Positions 20,226 to 33,041 are shown, counted from the stretch's first letter. The stretch is DNA of 64,000 nucleotides from an uncultured Armatimonadia bacterium (GCA_963749155.1 CAVVLO010000002.1:736001-800000), one strand, 5' to 3'. The notes: generated by a model from the sequence alone, not told the origin. Made by a program: numbers and translations.

Positions 20226-20254
20226 TATACGCTGGCAAGTCTGGTCTAGTTTCA
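20226..20254 (-). promoter_or_regulatory. Putative autoregulatory ECF promoter TGAAAC-N17-CGTATA
   Basis: Minus strand matches the SigW-type consensus (TGAAAC..CGTA) about 20 nt upstream of the sigma start codon. Confidence 0.65.
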
Positions 20255-20315
20255 TTTTACTACCAGGACAAGCAGAAAAAGGCCTTTGTAACGGATTAGG
20301 CAGCAATTTCAGACA

Positions 20316-20348
20316 CAACAAAGGACAGGGAGCCAAAGCCCCCTGTCC
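20316..20348 (-). terminator. rpsT terminator
   Basis: GGACAGGG/CCCTGTCC stem followed by TTTGTT on the minus strand. Confidence 0.7.
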
Positions 20349-20375
20349 GGAGAGAACCGAAAAACCTTGCGCCAG

Positions 20376-20654
20376 TTACTCGGCGGCGATCTCGAAGGCG
20401 TGCTTGAACCTGGCGGTCAGCCTGGACTTGCGCCGAGCGGCCTGGTTGGGATGGATAACGCCTTTGCCCGCGGCTTTGTCAAGCTGACGAGCGGCTTCGC
20501 GCAAAGCGCCAGCCGCTACGTCCTGGTCTTTGCCTGCGAAGCTTTCGAGAGCCTTGCGGACATAGGTCCGCATCTTGCTGCGCACCATTTTGTTGCGCAG
20601 AGCCTGTTTCTTATCCTGGCGAAGCGACTTACTTCTTGACTTGGTAAACGGCAA
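20376..20654 (-). CDS. rpsT: 30S ribosomal protein S20
   Basis: RNKMVRSKMRT, LDKAAGKGVIHPNQAARRKSRL. Confidence 0.95.
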   Translation of the reverse strand: MPFTKSRSKSLRQDKKQALRNKMVRSKMRTYVRKALESFAGKDQDVAAGALREAARQLDKAAGKGVIHPNQAARRKSRLTARFKHAFEIAAE

Positions 20655-20804
20655 CGCTCACTACACCTCTTCAAACAACCTGACTTCCTGGTCGGAGCCA
20701 GATTTTAGCACACGATTTCGCCGAGGTAAAGGGGGCTAAAGGCCTTCCTCACGGCGTAAGGTTGTCGACACTTGAAAATGGGGTTATGCTTGAGCTAACT
20801 GGAG

Positions 20805-21302
20805 GTGGCGCCAGTGTTTTACTATATTGCGATTATGGGCTTCGTGGCCTTTGTGGTAATTGCCTTTCTGATAAGTGAATGGCGAAGTTACCGGGCAGGC
20901 CGGGGCCTGCTGGACAAGCGGCTGATCTGGACCCGCACTTTCGCCGGAATCGCTGTGCTGGCGCTGCTTGCGATGGTACTGTGGGGTATGCTCGGATTGC
21001 CTTATTCCGACCTGATGGAACCCGAGCTGCGAGATACGGCGCGCTGGCAGATTTTTTATTACTGGGCAAGCGTGGCCGGGGTTGTGCTAATCCTGCTCGC
21101 TTTTCTGATTGTGGATTATAAATTATTAAAGGCGCGCACTGACGAATTGAAAAACCAGATCAGCAGCCAGTTCGTTGGAGAACTGCAAGAAATCGCTGAC
21201 CGCGCCCGAGAACACAGACAGGAACTTGAAGAAGCCGCCGACAAAATCGCCGAAGAACCTCCCAAAGAGGAGTCTGAATCTCCCGACCAAGATGACCACT
21301 GA
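20805..21302 (+). CDS. Hypothetical 3-TM membrane protein at head of rib operon
   Basis: Three hydrophobic helices plus acidic coiled-coil tail; SD GGAGG; overlaps ribD start. Confidence 0.6.
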   Translation: MAPVFYYIAIMGFVAFVVIAFLISEWRSYRAGRGLLDKRLIWTRTFAGIAVLALLAMVLWGMLGLPYSDLMEPELRDTARWQIFYYWASVAGVVLILLAFLIVDYKLLKARTDELKNQISSQFVGELQEIADRAREHRQELEEAADKIAEEPPKEESESPDQDDH

Positions 21303-22423
21303 CCTGGATTATATGAAGTTGGCGCTTGAGCTTGCCGCTGGGGGGCGCTACACCGCTTCTCCCAACCCAATGGTAGGCGCGGTTATCGTGCGCGAGGGCG
21401 AGGTTGTCGGGCGAGGCTTCCACAAAAAGCCTGGCCTGCCTCATGCCGAGGTGTTAGCCCTTGCCGAGGCCGGCGAAAAAGCCCAGGGGGCAACCCTTTA
21501 TGTCACTCTGGAACCCTGCTCTCATCACGGGCGCACCGGACCCTGCTGTGTGGCGCTTGCTCCAGCAGGCATAAAACGCGTCGTCGTGGCCAGTCTCGAT
21601 CCTGACAATCGGGTAGCCGGCGCTGGTATCAAACACCTCCAGGAAGAAGGTCTTGAGGTGCAGGCTGGCCTGCTCGAGCGCGAGGCGTTGAATCTCAACG
21701 AGCGCTATATCAAACATCGTCTGATCGGTATGCCCTTCATCACCCTGAAGGCCGCGCTTACACTGGATGGCAAGCTGGCAGCGCACACGGGCGATTCTAA
21801 ATGGATTACCTGCGAGGAAGCCCGCCGGGCCGCCCATCTCTTGCGCGCCGAACATGACGCCGTCCTGGCAGGGGTAGGCACAGTACTAGCTGATGACCCA
21901 GAACTGACCTGTCGAGTGCTGGACGATCCAGACTTCGAACAACCTGCGAGGATTGTTGTAGATCCGACTTTGCGAGCCCCCCTTGATGCGGAAGGTCTTC
22001 TCTCCCCTCGATGGCGCTCGCAGGCTTGTGCTTTGCAGTGAAGAAGCGCAGCTCGACCGTATGGCGGCCTTCCAGGAACGCGGTATCGAGTTGTTGCCTG
22101 TGCCCGAGACCAGGCCTGGCCGGCTGGCACTGGAACCTGCCCTGGCCCGGCTGGCGAGTGAGGATATCACCAGCCTGTTGGTGGAAGGTGGCGGTGAAAC
22201 ACATGCGGCCTTTATATCGCAGGGATTTGGGGATAGAATATGGTTTGCCGTAGCTCCCCGTCTGCTGGGAGGGCGCGAGGCCCCCACCCCTCTCGAGGGA
22301 GAGGGCTTTGCCACGGTTGCCGAAGCGCTGGACCTTACAAACGTCTCGGTAGTGCAGATGGGCACTGACTTTATCTTTGAGGGTTATTTGTTTGGGAGGG
22401 AGCCTGCCTGTTCACTGGCATAA
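21292..22423 (+). CDS. ribD: Riboflavin biosynthesis deaminase/reductase (frameshift near 21995)
   Basis: PNPMVGAV, HAE, TLEPCSHHGRT.PC, TLDGK, DDPELT, LLVEGG. Confidence 0.93.
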
Positions 22424-23061
22424 TCCGAGAAACGGGGACACTTGCGCGCGTTCTGGCAGAGGGCCAAAGCCGCCGGCTTGAGATTGGCTGCCAGCGCTCG
22501 CTTGCCGGGCTTGCCTTTGGCGACAGCGTCGCAGTAGATGGCGTCTGCCTCACGGTGGCGGCCTTGCAGCCCTCCTCTTTTGAAGCCATTGTGATGGAGG
22601 AGACCTTCAGCCGAACGACCCTGGCCACCCTCCGAACAGGCGCCAAAGTCAATCTGGAGCCTTCGCTCAGGCTTGGAGACCGGCTTGATGGCCATCTGGT
22701 GCTTGGTCATGTGGATGGCATGGGCAGGCTGGAACGCTTTGAGGAGCGAGGAGCTTCCAGGCTGATCTGGTGGTCGGCCCCTGCAGAACTCCTCCCCTAT
22801 TTCGCCGTCAAAGGTAGCGTTGCCCTCGATGGCATTAGTCTTACCCTGGTCGAGGTCGATGATCGGACTCGCCAGTGCTCTGTTTCCGTGCTTCACCAGA
22901 CGCTTGCCGAGACCAGCCTGGGCGCGAAGCGCTCTGGCGATTCGATAAACCTTGAAGTTGATGTGCTGGCCCGGTATGTACGGCGCAGCCTCCTTGGGAG
23001 CGATGTCCTGCCTCAGTCCGGAGTCACCAGGGAACTTCTTGAGGACTCCGGCTTTTTATAA
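22408..23061 (+). CDS. ribE: Riboflavin synthase (alpha chain); apparent CTG start
   Basis: (M)FTGIIRETG at 22408 is in frame with DSVAVDGVCLTV, VNLE, GHLVLGHVD, KGSVALDGISLT, NLEVD. Confidence 0.92.
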   Translation: MFTGIIRETGTLARVLAEGQSRRLEIGCQRSLAGLAFGDSVAVDGVCLTVAALQPSSFEAIVMEETFSRTTLATLRTGAKVNLEPSLRLGDRLDGHLVLGHVDGMGRLERFEERGASRLIWWSAPAELLPYFAVKGSVALDGISLTLVEVDDRTRQCSVSVLHQTLAETSLGAKRSGDSINLEVDVLARYVRRSLLGSDVLPQSGVTRELLEDSGFL

Positions 23062-23106
23062 GTGATTAAGGGCTGACTGGTGCTTCCCCAAATTCTGCGA
23101 GGTCTT

Positions 23107-24330
23107 ATGGGAATCGAAAACGTAGAAAAAGCTGTTGAAGCCTTCAAACGCGGCGAGTTTGTAATCATCGTGGATGACGAAAGTCGCGAGAACGAAGGCG
23201 ACCTGGTTATCGCCGCTGAAAAAATCACACCCGAAGCCGTTAACTTTATGGCAAGGGAAGCGCGGGGGCTTATTTGTGTCCCCATGCAGCAGGAGCGGCT
23301 TGCCGCCATCGGTAGTGAGCCGATGACCAATACCAACCGCGAAGCGCGTGGTTGCGCCTTCGAGGTCAGCGTGGATGCCAAACTTGGTATCACAACCGGC
23401 ATCAGTGCCGCTGACAGGGCGCGCACTATAAAGTTGCTCGCCGATCCGGCAACAGGCCCTGCCGATTTCGTAAGGCCGGGGCATATATTTCCCCTGCGAG
23501 CAAAGCCTGGCGGGGTGCTGCACCGTACAGGGCACACCGAAGCCGCGGTAGACCTGTCTCAGCTTGCGGGATTTTCCCCTTGTGGCGCTATCTGTGAGAT
23601 TATGAATCCCGATGGTTCGATGGCGCGCCGTCCCGAGCTTGAGGAGTTTGCCCAGCGTCACGGCCTGCTGATAATCACCGTTGAGGAATTGGTCGAATAC
23701 CGGCGTCATCACGAGAAACTCGTCGAGCATACCTCGGAGGCTGATTTTCCCACTGCCCACGGTCATTTCCGCATCCACGGCTATCTTAGCCTGCTCAACA
23801 ACGCCCCTTATATCGCTCTGGTCAAAGGCGTAATGGATGAAGAACCAACTCTTGTGCGCGTTCATTCAGGCTGCCTGACTGGCGATTGTCTTTTCTCGGC
23901 CAGGTGCGACTGTGGAGAACAACTCGAACTGGCGATGCGCATAATTGAGGCCGAAGGCAAAGGCGTTATACTTTATATACCCGAGCACGAGGGGCGAGGT
24001 ATAGGCATCCTCAACAAGCTGCGCGCCTACAGGTTGCAGGATGAGGGAGAAGATACCATCGAGGCCAACCACGACCTGGGCTTCCCAAGCGACCTTAGAG
24101 ATTTTGGTATAGGCGCCCAGGTACTCGCTGATCTCGGCCTGCGAAAATTACGTCTAATGACCAACAACCCCAAAAAGCTGGTGGGGCTTTCAGGCTGGGG
24201 GCTTGAGCTGGTAGAACGGGTACCACTGGAAGTAGCTCCAAACGAGCACAATCTGCGCTATCTCAATACAAAGCGCGAACGTATGGGCCATAGTCTTGAA
24301 CTTGGAGAACACAAGGAGGAGAGAGCGTGA
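23107..24330 (+). CDS. ribBA: Bifunctional DHBP synthase / GTP cyclohydrolase II
   Basis: [57 protein letters not shown]. Confidence 0.96.
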   Translation: MGIENVEKAVEAFKRGEFVIIVDDESRENEGDLVIAAEKITPEAVNFMAREARGLICVPMQQERLAAIGSEPMTNTNREARGCAFEVSVDAKLGITTGISAADRARTIKLLADPATGPADFVRPGHIFPLRAKPGGVLHRTGHTEAAVDLSQLAGFSPCGAICEIMNPDGSMARRPELEEFAQRHGLLIITVEELVEYRRHHEKLVEHTSEADFPTAHGHFRIHGYLSLLNNAPYIALVKGVMDEEPTLVRVHSGCLTGDCLFSARCDCGEQLELAMRIIEAEGKGVILYIPEHEGRGIGILNKLRAYRLQDEGEDTIEANHDLGFPSDLRDFGIGAQVLADLGLRKLRLMTNNPKKLVGLSGWGLELVERVPLEVAPNEHNLRYLNTKRERMGHSLELGEHKEERA

Positions 24331-24797
24331 ACACCTATGAAGGCAATCTGATCGCACAAGAGCTGCGTTTCGCGCTGGTAGTCAGCCGTTTCAACGAGTT
24401 TCTCACCAACAAACTCCTGTCTGGGGCGCTGGATGCCCTCAAACGGCACGGGGCGTCCGAGGCCAACCTGGATGTCATCTGGGTTCCGGGAGCTTTCGAG
24501 ATCCCCCTGTTTGTGAAACTCGCCGCTGAATCAGGCAAATATGACGCGGTAATCGCTCTTGGAGCGATTATCCGGGGAGAGACTCCCCATTTCGATTATG
24601 TGGCAAGTGAGGCGTCCAAGGGCATAGCGCAAGTCTCTCTTGCGACCGAATGCCCCGTGATGTTCGGGATAGTCACCGCCGACACGCTGGACCAGGCCAT
24701 TGCCCGGACTGGCACCAAGGCTGGGAACAAAGGAGCCGACGCCGCCGTTAGCGCCATCGAATGCGCCAACCTTAAGCGCCAGCTCAAAGGAGAGTAG
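24327..24797 (+). CDS. ribH: Lumazine synthase
   Basis: [27 protein letters not shown]. Confidence 0.96.
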   Translation: MNTYEGNLIAQELRFALVVSRFNEFLTNKLLSGALDALKRHGASEANLDVIWVPGAFEIPLFVKLAAESGKYDAVIALGAIIRGETPHFDYVASEASKGIAQVSLATECPVMFGIVTADTLDQAIARTGTKAGNKGADAAVSAIECANLKRQLKGE

Positions 24798-24803
24798 TTT
24801 CAA

Positions 24804-25967
24804 GTGAGAAGAAGTGGTCAGGTAAACCTGGCGTTGTTGATAGTCATCGCTTTGCTTTTCGGGCTGATTGGTGGCCTGCTGGGCACTCTTGTAGCCCGGC
24901 AATCGCCTTTGAGTCAGCCTGGTAACGGCTCAACAGCTGTTACCGTGCCAGTAAGTCAGAACACAGGCCAGTGGGGCGAGTTGCAACAGGCTGTGAAAGC
25001 CGCGGCAGCCAACGCGACTCCTGCTGTGGTAAATGTCCACGTAGAGCGCGAAGCGCGCCCGCAGCCTTTTGGGCCCTTTATGTTCGAATTTGGACAGGGT
25101 GGCCCCGAGAAGGGCCAGGGCTCCGGTTTCTTCTTCGATGACAAAGGCCATGTGCTCACCAACGGGCATGTCGTCGAGGGGATGGACAAGATCGAAGTCT
25201 CGCTGTCGAATGGCAAGTCTTATCCTGCCAAGATAGTCGGGCTGGATCATGAATCCGATGTTGCGGTGTTGCAGGTAGATCTCAAAGGCGAGAAGCAAGC
25301 CTATCTTCAGGCCGGCAACGATGATGGGATGGAGGCAGGCACCTTTGTGCTGGCCATCGGCAATCCTCTCGGTTATGAGAATTCAGTCACGCTCGGTATC
25401 GTCAGCGCCCTGCATCGTCAGGCCGTCAGGGTAGAAGACCGCGTCTATCGCGATCTCATCCAGACGGACACAGCGATCAACCCGGGCAACAGTGGCGGGC
25501 CACTCATCACTCTCGATGGCAAGGTCATCGGTGTAAACACCGTTATCGCATCGCCCAGCGGGGGCAGCATTGGGATAGGTTTCGCCATCCCGATGAGCCA
25601 GGTGCAGAAACTGCTGAATGACCTGCTCACCATCGGCCATATCGAGCGGCCAGCGCTTGGCGTGTTGATAGACGACGTCACGCCGCAGGCCAAGGAGTAT
25701 CTTGGTTACACGAAGGACGAAGGCGCGGTAATTGGCGCCGTCGTACCTGGTGGTCCCGCTGCCAAAGCCGGGCTTCTGGCTGGCGACATAATCACCGAGA
25801 TAGACCATAAGCCGATAAAAAAGGCCGAGGATGTCATAGATCTGATAAAGGCCTACAAACCTGGCAACGAAGTCTCGATGCAGGTCTTCTCGAAGGGCGC
25901 CTTCAAGTATGTAAAGGTGAAGCTGGTCGACAAGTCCAAGCTGCCCAACGCGACAACCGGAGGCTAA
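24804..25967 (+). CDS. htrA: HtrA/DegP-like serine protease with PDZ domain
   Basis: N-terminal TM, GSGF, LTNGHVV, IQTDTAINPGNSGGPL, PDZ motif GGPAAKAGL. Confidence 0.92.
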   Translation: MRRSGQVNLALLIVIALLFGLIGGLLGTLVARQSPLSQPGNGSTAVTVPVSQNTGQWGELQQAVKAAAANATPAVVNVHVEREARPQPFGPFMFEFGQGGPEKGQGSGFFFDDKGHVLTNGHVVEGMDKIEVSLSNGKSYPAKIVGLDHESDVAVLQVDLKGEKQAYLQAGNDDGMEAGTFVLAIGNPLGYENSVTLGIVSALHRQAVRVEDRVYRDLIQTDTAINPGNSGGPLITLDGKVIGVNTVIASPSGGSIGIGFAIPMSQVQKLLNDLLTIGHIERPALGVLIDDVTPQAKEYLGYTKDEGAVIGAVVPGGPAAKAGLLAGDIITEIDHKPIKKAEDVIDLIKAYKPGNEVSMQVFSKGAFKYVKVKLVDKSKLPNATTGG

Positions 25968-25973
25968 CCCCTG

Positions 25974-26538
25974 GTGAAGCTCGGGCTGATAAGCGATACG
26001 CATGGTGCCGTTGCGCCGGTTAGGACTCTCCTCGCCGGCGCCTTCGCCGGCGCAGACCTGGTGTTGCATGCGGGTGATGTGCTCTATCATGGGCCACGCA
26101 ACCCGCTCCCCGACACCTACAACCCAGCCCAGCTTGCCGAGGTTATCAACGTCTCGCCTGCGCCTTTCCTCATCGCGCGTGGCAACTGCGATTCTAGCGT
26201 GGATGAAGCAGTAATCAACGTGCCCCTGCTTGCGCCCTATGCGCTAGTCCAGTGGGAAGGCCTGCGTATACTCGTCAATCATGGCGACCTTTGCTCCCGA
26301 AAGGAGCTTGCCTCCGAGGCGAAGCGACTCGGTGCGCGCATCGCGCTGTTCGGGCATATCCACACACCGGTGCTCGAAGAGGAAAAAGGTGTGCTGCCTA
26401 GTAAATCCCGGCAGTCCTTCCCTGCCCAAGTACGAGGTTGGGGGGCAGCTTGTGCCGACTTATGGGCTAATCGAGGCTGGTCGAGTCGTCCTGCGCCGGC
26501 TGGACACCGATGAGGAGCTATTTTCTACGGAAATCTAG
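25974..26538 (+). CDS. YfcE-like metallophosphodiesterase (frameshift near 26395)
   Basis: ISDTHG, HAGDVLYHGPRN, RGNCD, HG, GHIH; NPGSPSLPK in the shifted frame. Confidence 0.9.
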
Positions 26539-26849
26539 CGGCAAAGCTTCGCCTGGCAACAGCCCCTAAGTATTGACCAGGTTCTATATGAGACTTCCAG
26601 AAGACCAGAGCAGTTGCTCTGGTCTTGCTATTTGGTCACCGGTCAGCCTCCCACTCAAGCCCTCTCTGTTGCCTACCAGGTTCCCCCCTGCCTGCTTTGC
26701 ACTGCCTTTGCCTTCTGTTAGCCTGAGACAGTCGCAAGGCTCGGAGGGCTGGCGGAAAGCGCTTTCCCCCAACCCAGGCGACTTATGGACCTTCCACTGG
26801 GGCAACCAGGCAACCCAGAGACAGGTCACATTCCTGAGAGGTGATTGTT

Positions 26850-28535
26850 ATGTTGCGAATTACTGTTCTTGTTTTGCTGGCAGCCTGTCTGCTGGCACTG
26901 CCGGCCCTTGCAAAGGATATGCCGGACGTTCCCTTCACCCACTGGGCCTACGATGCGGTCGACGAGTTGACCGATATTGGTATCCTCCAGGGCTATCCTG
27001 ATGGCACTTACAAGGGCCAGAGGACTCTCACCAGGTATGAGTTTGCCGAGGCGACCGTGAAGCTTGTCCATTACCTCGAAAACTATGTCGACGAGAAGAC
27101 CGCGGCGCTGGAATCCGGCGTTGACGCCGCCTCTGCGCGTGCCATCGCCAAGGACGAAGCCGCCAAGGCAGTTGCTGCAATCAAGCTGCCGACCTTTGAT
27201 ATGACTCTGGATGAGGTAAAGTCCGCCGCTGCCGCCTCTGGCGCCGCCGCTGCCAAAGAGGCTCTTGCAGGTATGAGTCCCGGCCTCACCAGGGCCGAGG
27301 CCCAGGCGCTTATAGATACCGCCGTGACCACCTTGGTCACCAAGGACTACCTGGCCAACCTGGTTGCCGAGTTCCGCACAGACCTCCAGGAGCTTGGCAT
27401 AGACGTCGATGATCTGATGTACCGAGTCAGTGCCGCCGAAGCCGCTCTTGAGGCTCTGGACGCCCGCGTGACTGCTCTCGAGGAGAAGCCTGACAAGGTA
27501 ACTGGCAGTTTCATCTGGAAGGCTGGCAGCGCTCAGGCCGTCTATTCGACCGATTGGGATCGCTTCAGCAATATGGATGCCCGTATCGCAGTTGATGGCC
27601 CGCTGGGTGATTCTGCAACTGGTCACGTCAACTTCTGGCGGCCTGATTATGGAGGCGACGGCACCGTCTGGCTGGAAGAGGCTTATGTTGTTGTCCCCGA
27701 AGACAAGCTGCCTTTCGATGCCAAGCTGGGCCTGCAGTATTACTCGGTAGGCAAGGGCCTGGTTTTCAACAACGACTATGATTCGTCCGAAGCGCTGCTG
27801 CTCTCCAAGGGCTTCGGTTCGACTGACCTGGCTTTCTTCTATGGGTTCAGCAACGCCTATGAGACCGAAGATGCGGTTCAGCTTGTTAGTGCCAGCTTCC
27901 CGCTGCTTGGCGCGACGGTAAAGCCGATGTGGCTAATCCAGGGCCTGGGCAGTGAAGAGGCCTGGGGAGTATCTGTAGAACTTCCGGAGTTCGCTCTGGG
28001 TGGACTGGGACTGGCTCTGGCGGGCGAATATGCCTCGTATGAAGAAGACCTTGGCGGCGCCAGCCTTTCCAGCGACAACACTGCTTATCTCCTGACTGGC
28101 AGTCTGTCGGGCCTGGGCGACTTCGGCCTGGATCTTTCCTATGCGAAGACCGAACCGGGCTATATGAACTATGACGCCTCGCTGACAGGCCTCAAGCTGT
28201 GGAGCTATTATCTCGACTACAGCGGCCTGCCGTGGGACTGGCTGCTCGGGGCGCCCGCGCAGGCTCTGCCGGGCACGAAGGCCTATTCGGCGGGGCTCTC
28301 CAAGGACTTCGGCAGCGTCTCGGCGCTGGCCCGGTTTGCCCGCTGGGATACCACCGATGGGCCAATCCCCTTCGGCAGCACGCTGGTGCTTTCCGACAGG
28401 GCTGACCTTTCGCAGCTTACCCTTAGCACCGACCTGGCCGATGGAGTAGCTCTCGGGCTTACCTGGGCTAATCTCGAGGTAAAGGGCGTAGACGATTACC
28501 AGTACTTTGGAGGCGCCCTTAACGTCGCCTTCTAG
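26850..28535 (+). CDS. SLH-domain outer-membrane protein (OmpM/SlpA-like: SLH, coiled coil, beta-barrel)
   Basis: Signal peptide, DVPFTHWAYDAV...GYPDGTYKG..LTRYEFA SLH domain, coiled coil LVAEF..DL.ELG, amphipathic strands ending in C-terminal Phe. Confidence 0.85.
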   Translation: MLRITVLVLLAACLLALPALAKDMPDVPFTHWAYDAVDELTDIGILQGYPDGTYKGQRTLTRYEFAEATVKLVHYLENYVDEKTAALESGVDAASARAIAKDEAAKAVAAIKLPTFDMTLDEVKSAAAASGAAAAKEALAGMSPGLTRAEAQALIDTAVTTLVTKDYLANLVAEFRTDLQELGIDVDDLMYRVSAAEAALEALDARVTALEEKPDKVTGSFIWKAGSAQAVYSTDWDRFSNMDARIAVDGPLGDSATGHVNFWRPDYGGDGTVWLEEAYVVVPEDKLPFDAKLGLQYYSVGKGLVFNNDYDSSEALLLSKGFGSTDLAFFYGFSNAYETEDAVQLVSASFPLLGATVKPMWLIQGLGSEEAWGVSVELPEFALGGLGLALAGEYASYEEDLGGASLSSDNTAYLLTGSLSGLGDFGLDLSYAKTEPGYMNYDASLTGLKLWSYYLDYSGLPWDWLLGAPAQALPGTKAYSAGLSKDFGSVSALARFARWDTTDGPIPFGSTLVLSDRADLSQLTLSTDLADGVALGLTWANLEVKGVDDYQYFGGALNVAF

Positions 28536-28552
28536 GCGCCTTCAGGACCTTT

Positions 28553-28589
28553 GGGGCGGAGCCTTTTCGGGCTTCGCCCCGTTTTTTTT
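28553..28589 (+). terminator. Rho-independent terminator
   Basis: GGGGCGGAGCC-loop-GGCTTCGCCCC followed by an 8-T tract. Confidence 0.9.
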
Positions 28590-28600
28590 GCCCCGGTGGG

Positions 28601-28629
28601 TTGACACCCTGATGGGGGCCTGTTAGGAT
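28601..28629 (+). promoter_or_regulatory. Sigma70-type rRNA promoter TTGACA-N17-TAGGAT
   Basis: Perfect -35, 17-nt spacer, GC-rich discriminator; about 175 nt upstream of the 16S. Confidence 0.8.
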
Positions 28630-28803
28630 ACGGCCCGCCGAGGGGCAAGAGCTGGTTGACAAGGGAATAGGGAGAAGAACGCCAAGCTTGTGCAGGGCTT
28701 GAAAAAATAGCTTTGCCCGTCTGGGGCCCAAGGGCCCTGGACATCAGCAGGCAAACTCGAAAACAAAAGCAACCCACTGGCCAGTGGCTGGTGGGTAAAT
28801 ATT

Positions 28804-30337
<1,534 letters not shown>

Positions 30338-30512
30338 AAGGAGCATTTCGGGCCGACTCAGTCGGTCGCTCCAGGTCGATCTACACAAGCAAGCGTTCTT
30401 TCAGGAAGCTAACCCTTCCCTCCCAGAGAGTTCTCCCGATGCCCCAAGCCGGCCTCGGTGCTTACCCTCTTCCCTTGTCAACCACGCCCTTAGGCACAAT
30501 ATTGCTCGGAGC

Positions 30513-30542
30513 GGCCTGCGATTGCTTGATCGCAGGCTTTTT
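30513..30542 (+). terminator. Terminator of 16S transcript
   Basis: GCCTGCGAT-loop-ATCGCAGGC followed by TTTTT. Confidence 0.85.
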
Positions 30543-30558
30543 CGTTTATACTGGTCTT

Positions 30559-32862
30559 ATGCGTATTCACTTGGTCGCCCTTATCATCTCCTTAGGTGTG
30601 CTTGCCCCTGCGCGCGCTGGGTTGCTAGCGCTTGAAGTCGACCCTCAGACTCTGGGCCTTCGCACAGAAGCTGCCACTCTGGCCGATTCGCTGGGTTACA
30701 CGGCTTATTGGGAGGATGGCAGCCCTGCCTTTGAATTCAACAAGCCAGCTTCTGTCGAGCCGCTCGGGGAAGGTCACTTTCGGCTGAGCTACGAGGCAAC
30801 GCTCGAGAGTGGCGAGAGCCTCCGGGCGACATGTGAGCTGACCCAGCAATCTCATCGCCTCAGCCTCGACTGGACTTTCGATCTGCCCGAGCTGACTCAG
30901 CCACTTAGTCCTTGGAGTTGCGGCTTCCGCTTCGCCTTCCCCAACGCGCCGACCAGCGCCGAACAGCGCCCGTGGGTGAAGTGGGTGAAGCCGACCGGCG
31001 AGGCCGATTTAGCGGGCGATACACCGTATCCCGACCTTGCTACCTATCTGCGCAAAGTGCGTTTCGGCCAGGTAGACCTCGTCTTTGCGACGCCCTGGTA
31101 CGACCCGGACTGGTTCTACAAACGCGATCTGGGTCGAACCCACTTCATCCGGTGGCGCCCACCAGAGCCTGGCAAGCCTGCTACGGTGAGTTTCAGCTTG
31201 ATAGCAGCCGACGAGGCCACACCTGATGCGTTGCTTGCAGCAGTAGCCACAGAGCAAGTCCTTTGGTGGCGACTGGACAGCCCTGAAGGCGCCAAGGTCT
31301 TTCTCCCTGGGCAGGACGTAACGCTCGAGCTTGCCCTCGGTGATACCTCGGGGGCGCCCCAGGAAGCCAGGCTCTCACTTGAGGCGCGCGACTACTACGG
31401 CAAGCAACTCGCCTCGGTCGACAAGGTACTTCCTCTCACCCGCCGGGCAGTCTGTCGAAGTGCCCCTGCCGCTCGGCCAGGTGGCGCGGGGGATGGTCTT
31501 CGTGGCCGGCACGCTCGAGGCAGGAGGCCAGACCCAGCAGGTGCGCGGCAGCTTCGCAGTGTTGCCGGAGCGTGAGCCCACCGTGAACGCGGAGTCCCCC
31601 TTCGGCTTCGCCAACCTGATCGCGAACCCGGCTGTCTATCCTGACCAGCTTCCGCTTGAGGAGGTCGCGGCGGCGGCTGCCCGGGTCGGCGCCAAGTGGG
31701 TGCGCTGGCCGCTCTGGCAGCCTCAGGCTGAGTATACTGAAGAGTACCAGCAGAGCGTCCAGCAGCGCCTGGATGTCCTGACCGCAGCGGGGCTGATGGT
31801 GGACTCACATATCGGTTTCCCGCTTGAACCAGACCGAGGCCGACTGGTCCCAGCTCGAGGAAGGGCTGCGCCTGTTTGCAGGGCTTACTCCTTCTCTGCG
31901 CGTTGGCAACGAGTACAACCTGCTGCGCTGAGGCCAAACCTGAGCAATACCTTGCGCTGCTCTCGCGCATCGCCGAGTTGCAGCATCAGGTGGCGCCGCA
32001 GGTGAAGGTTGCTACGATGGGCTTTGGCGGGGTCAGCGACTGGTTCAACGAGGCGGTGGATCTTGGCCTGCTGAACCACTGCGATGCGCTGTCGATCCAT
32101 CCGGGCTTCCACCCAAAGGCGCCCGAGTACTGGGACGGCTGGGGCGGCTGGAAGCTGCGCACGCAACTGGCTCGGACAAAACAGGCACTGGCCGATAAAC
32201 TTGATATGGAACTCTGGATTGATGAAGTTTACGCTCCGACGACACCCGACCGCAGCCAGCTCGATTTGCGCACCGCCGCCGATTACCTGGTGCGCACCTA
32301 CTGCCTGCTGCTGGCCGAGGGGGCGCGGTGCATCGAGTGGTACCAGTTTCAGGATGGTACCTGGTACGCTGCTGCGCCAGACCCAAAGGACATCGAATAC
32401 AACTTCGGCGTCGTCTACCCCGACCTTTCGCCCAAGCCGCCGTACGTTGCCTTCGGCACGCTGACCGAGCAGCTCGAGGGAGCCGACTATGTGGGTCGTC
32501 TCGAACTGGGCGATGAAGAACTCTACGGACTGCGCTTCGAGAGAGATGGCAAGCCAATTGATGTGCTGTGGAGCTACAAGGAGAAGCATGAGTGTGATGT
32601 CGCCTGGTGGCCGCCAGAGCAGTATGCCGACGTCTCGCGGCATCCGATGGAACCCTGGCAGGAGCGCTGGAAGGCGCCCGTCTCGGTGAGCCTTCCAGCC
32701 ACTCGAGAGGTCCAGGTCACCGACCTGATGGGCAACCCGCGACAGGTGGAATCAACAGATGGCCAAGTGACTCTCTTCCTGACCGGCTCGCCAGTATTCG
32801 TGACCGGTCTAGGCGAATTACCTCTACGCCGAGAGGTCTGGCCTGACGATGCGCCGCTGTAG
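30559..32862 (+). CDS. Secreted glycoside hydrolase-like protein (clan GH-A-like TIM barrel), frameshifted
   Basis: Signal peptide; SPFG, GAKWVRW, VGNEY, DALSIHP, LWIDE, WYQF.D, NFGV..DLSPKP.YVA spread over three frames (30559-31575, 31331-32005, 31876-32862). Confidence 0.6.
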
Positions 32863-32914
32863 CCCGGCCCTCTTGCGCCGGAGGACGATTTGCCTTAAGA
32901 TACCGCTTGCTGGT

Positions 32915-32990
32915 GGGGGCGTAGCTCAGTTGGGAGAGCGCATCCTTCGCAAGGATGAAGTCGGCAGTTCGATTCTGCTCGCCTCCACCA
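32915..32990 (+). tRNA. tRNA-Ala(CGC)
   Basis: 76-nt cloverleaf GGGGGCG/CGCCTCC with G3:U70, anticodon arm CATCC-TTCGCAA-GGATG, TTCGA T-loop, encoded CCA. Confidence 0.97.
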
Positions 32991-33041
32991 ACTCTCAAAC
33001 CGCCCTCTCCTTGGTAACCAGCCCTCGCAAGGAGGCCCGGG

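Noticed and set aside
20655..21292. FMN riboswitch upstream of the rib operon
   Set aside because: No RFN conserved segments seen, and the gap to rpsT is short and promoter-like.
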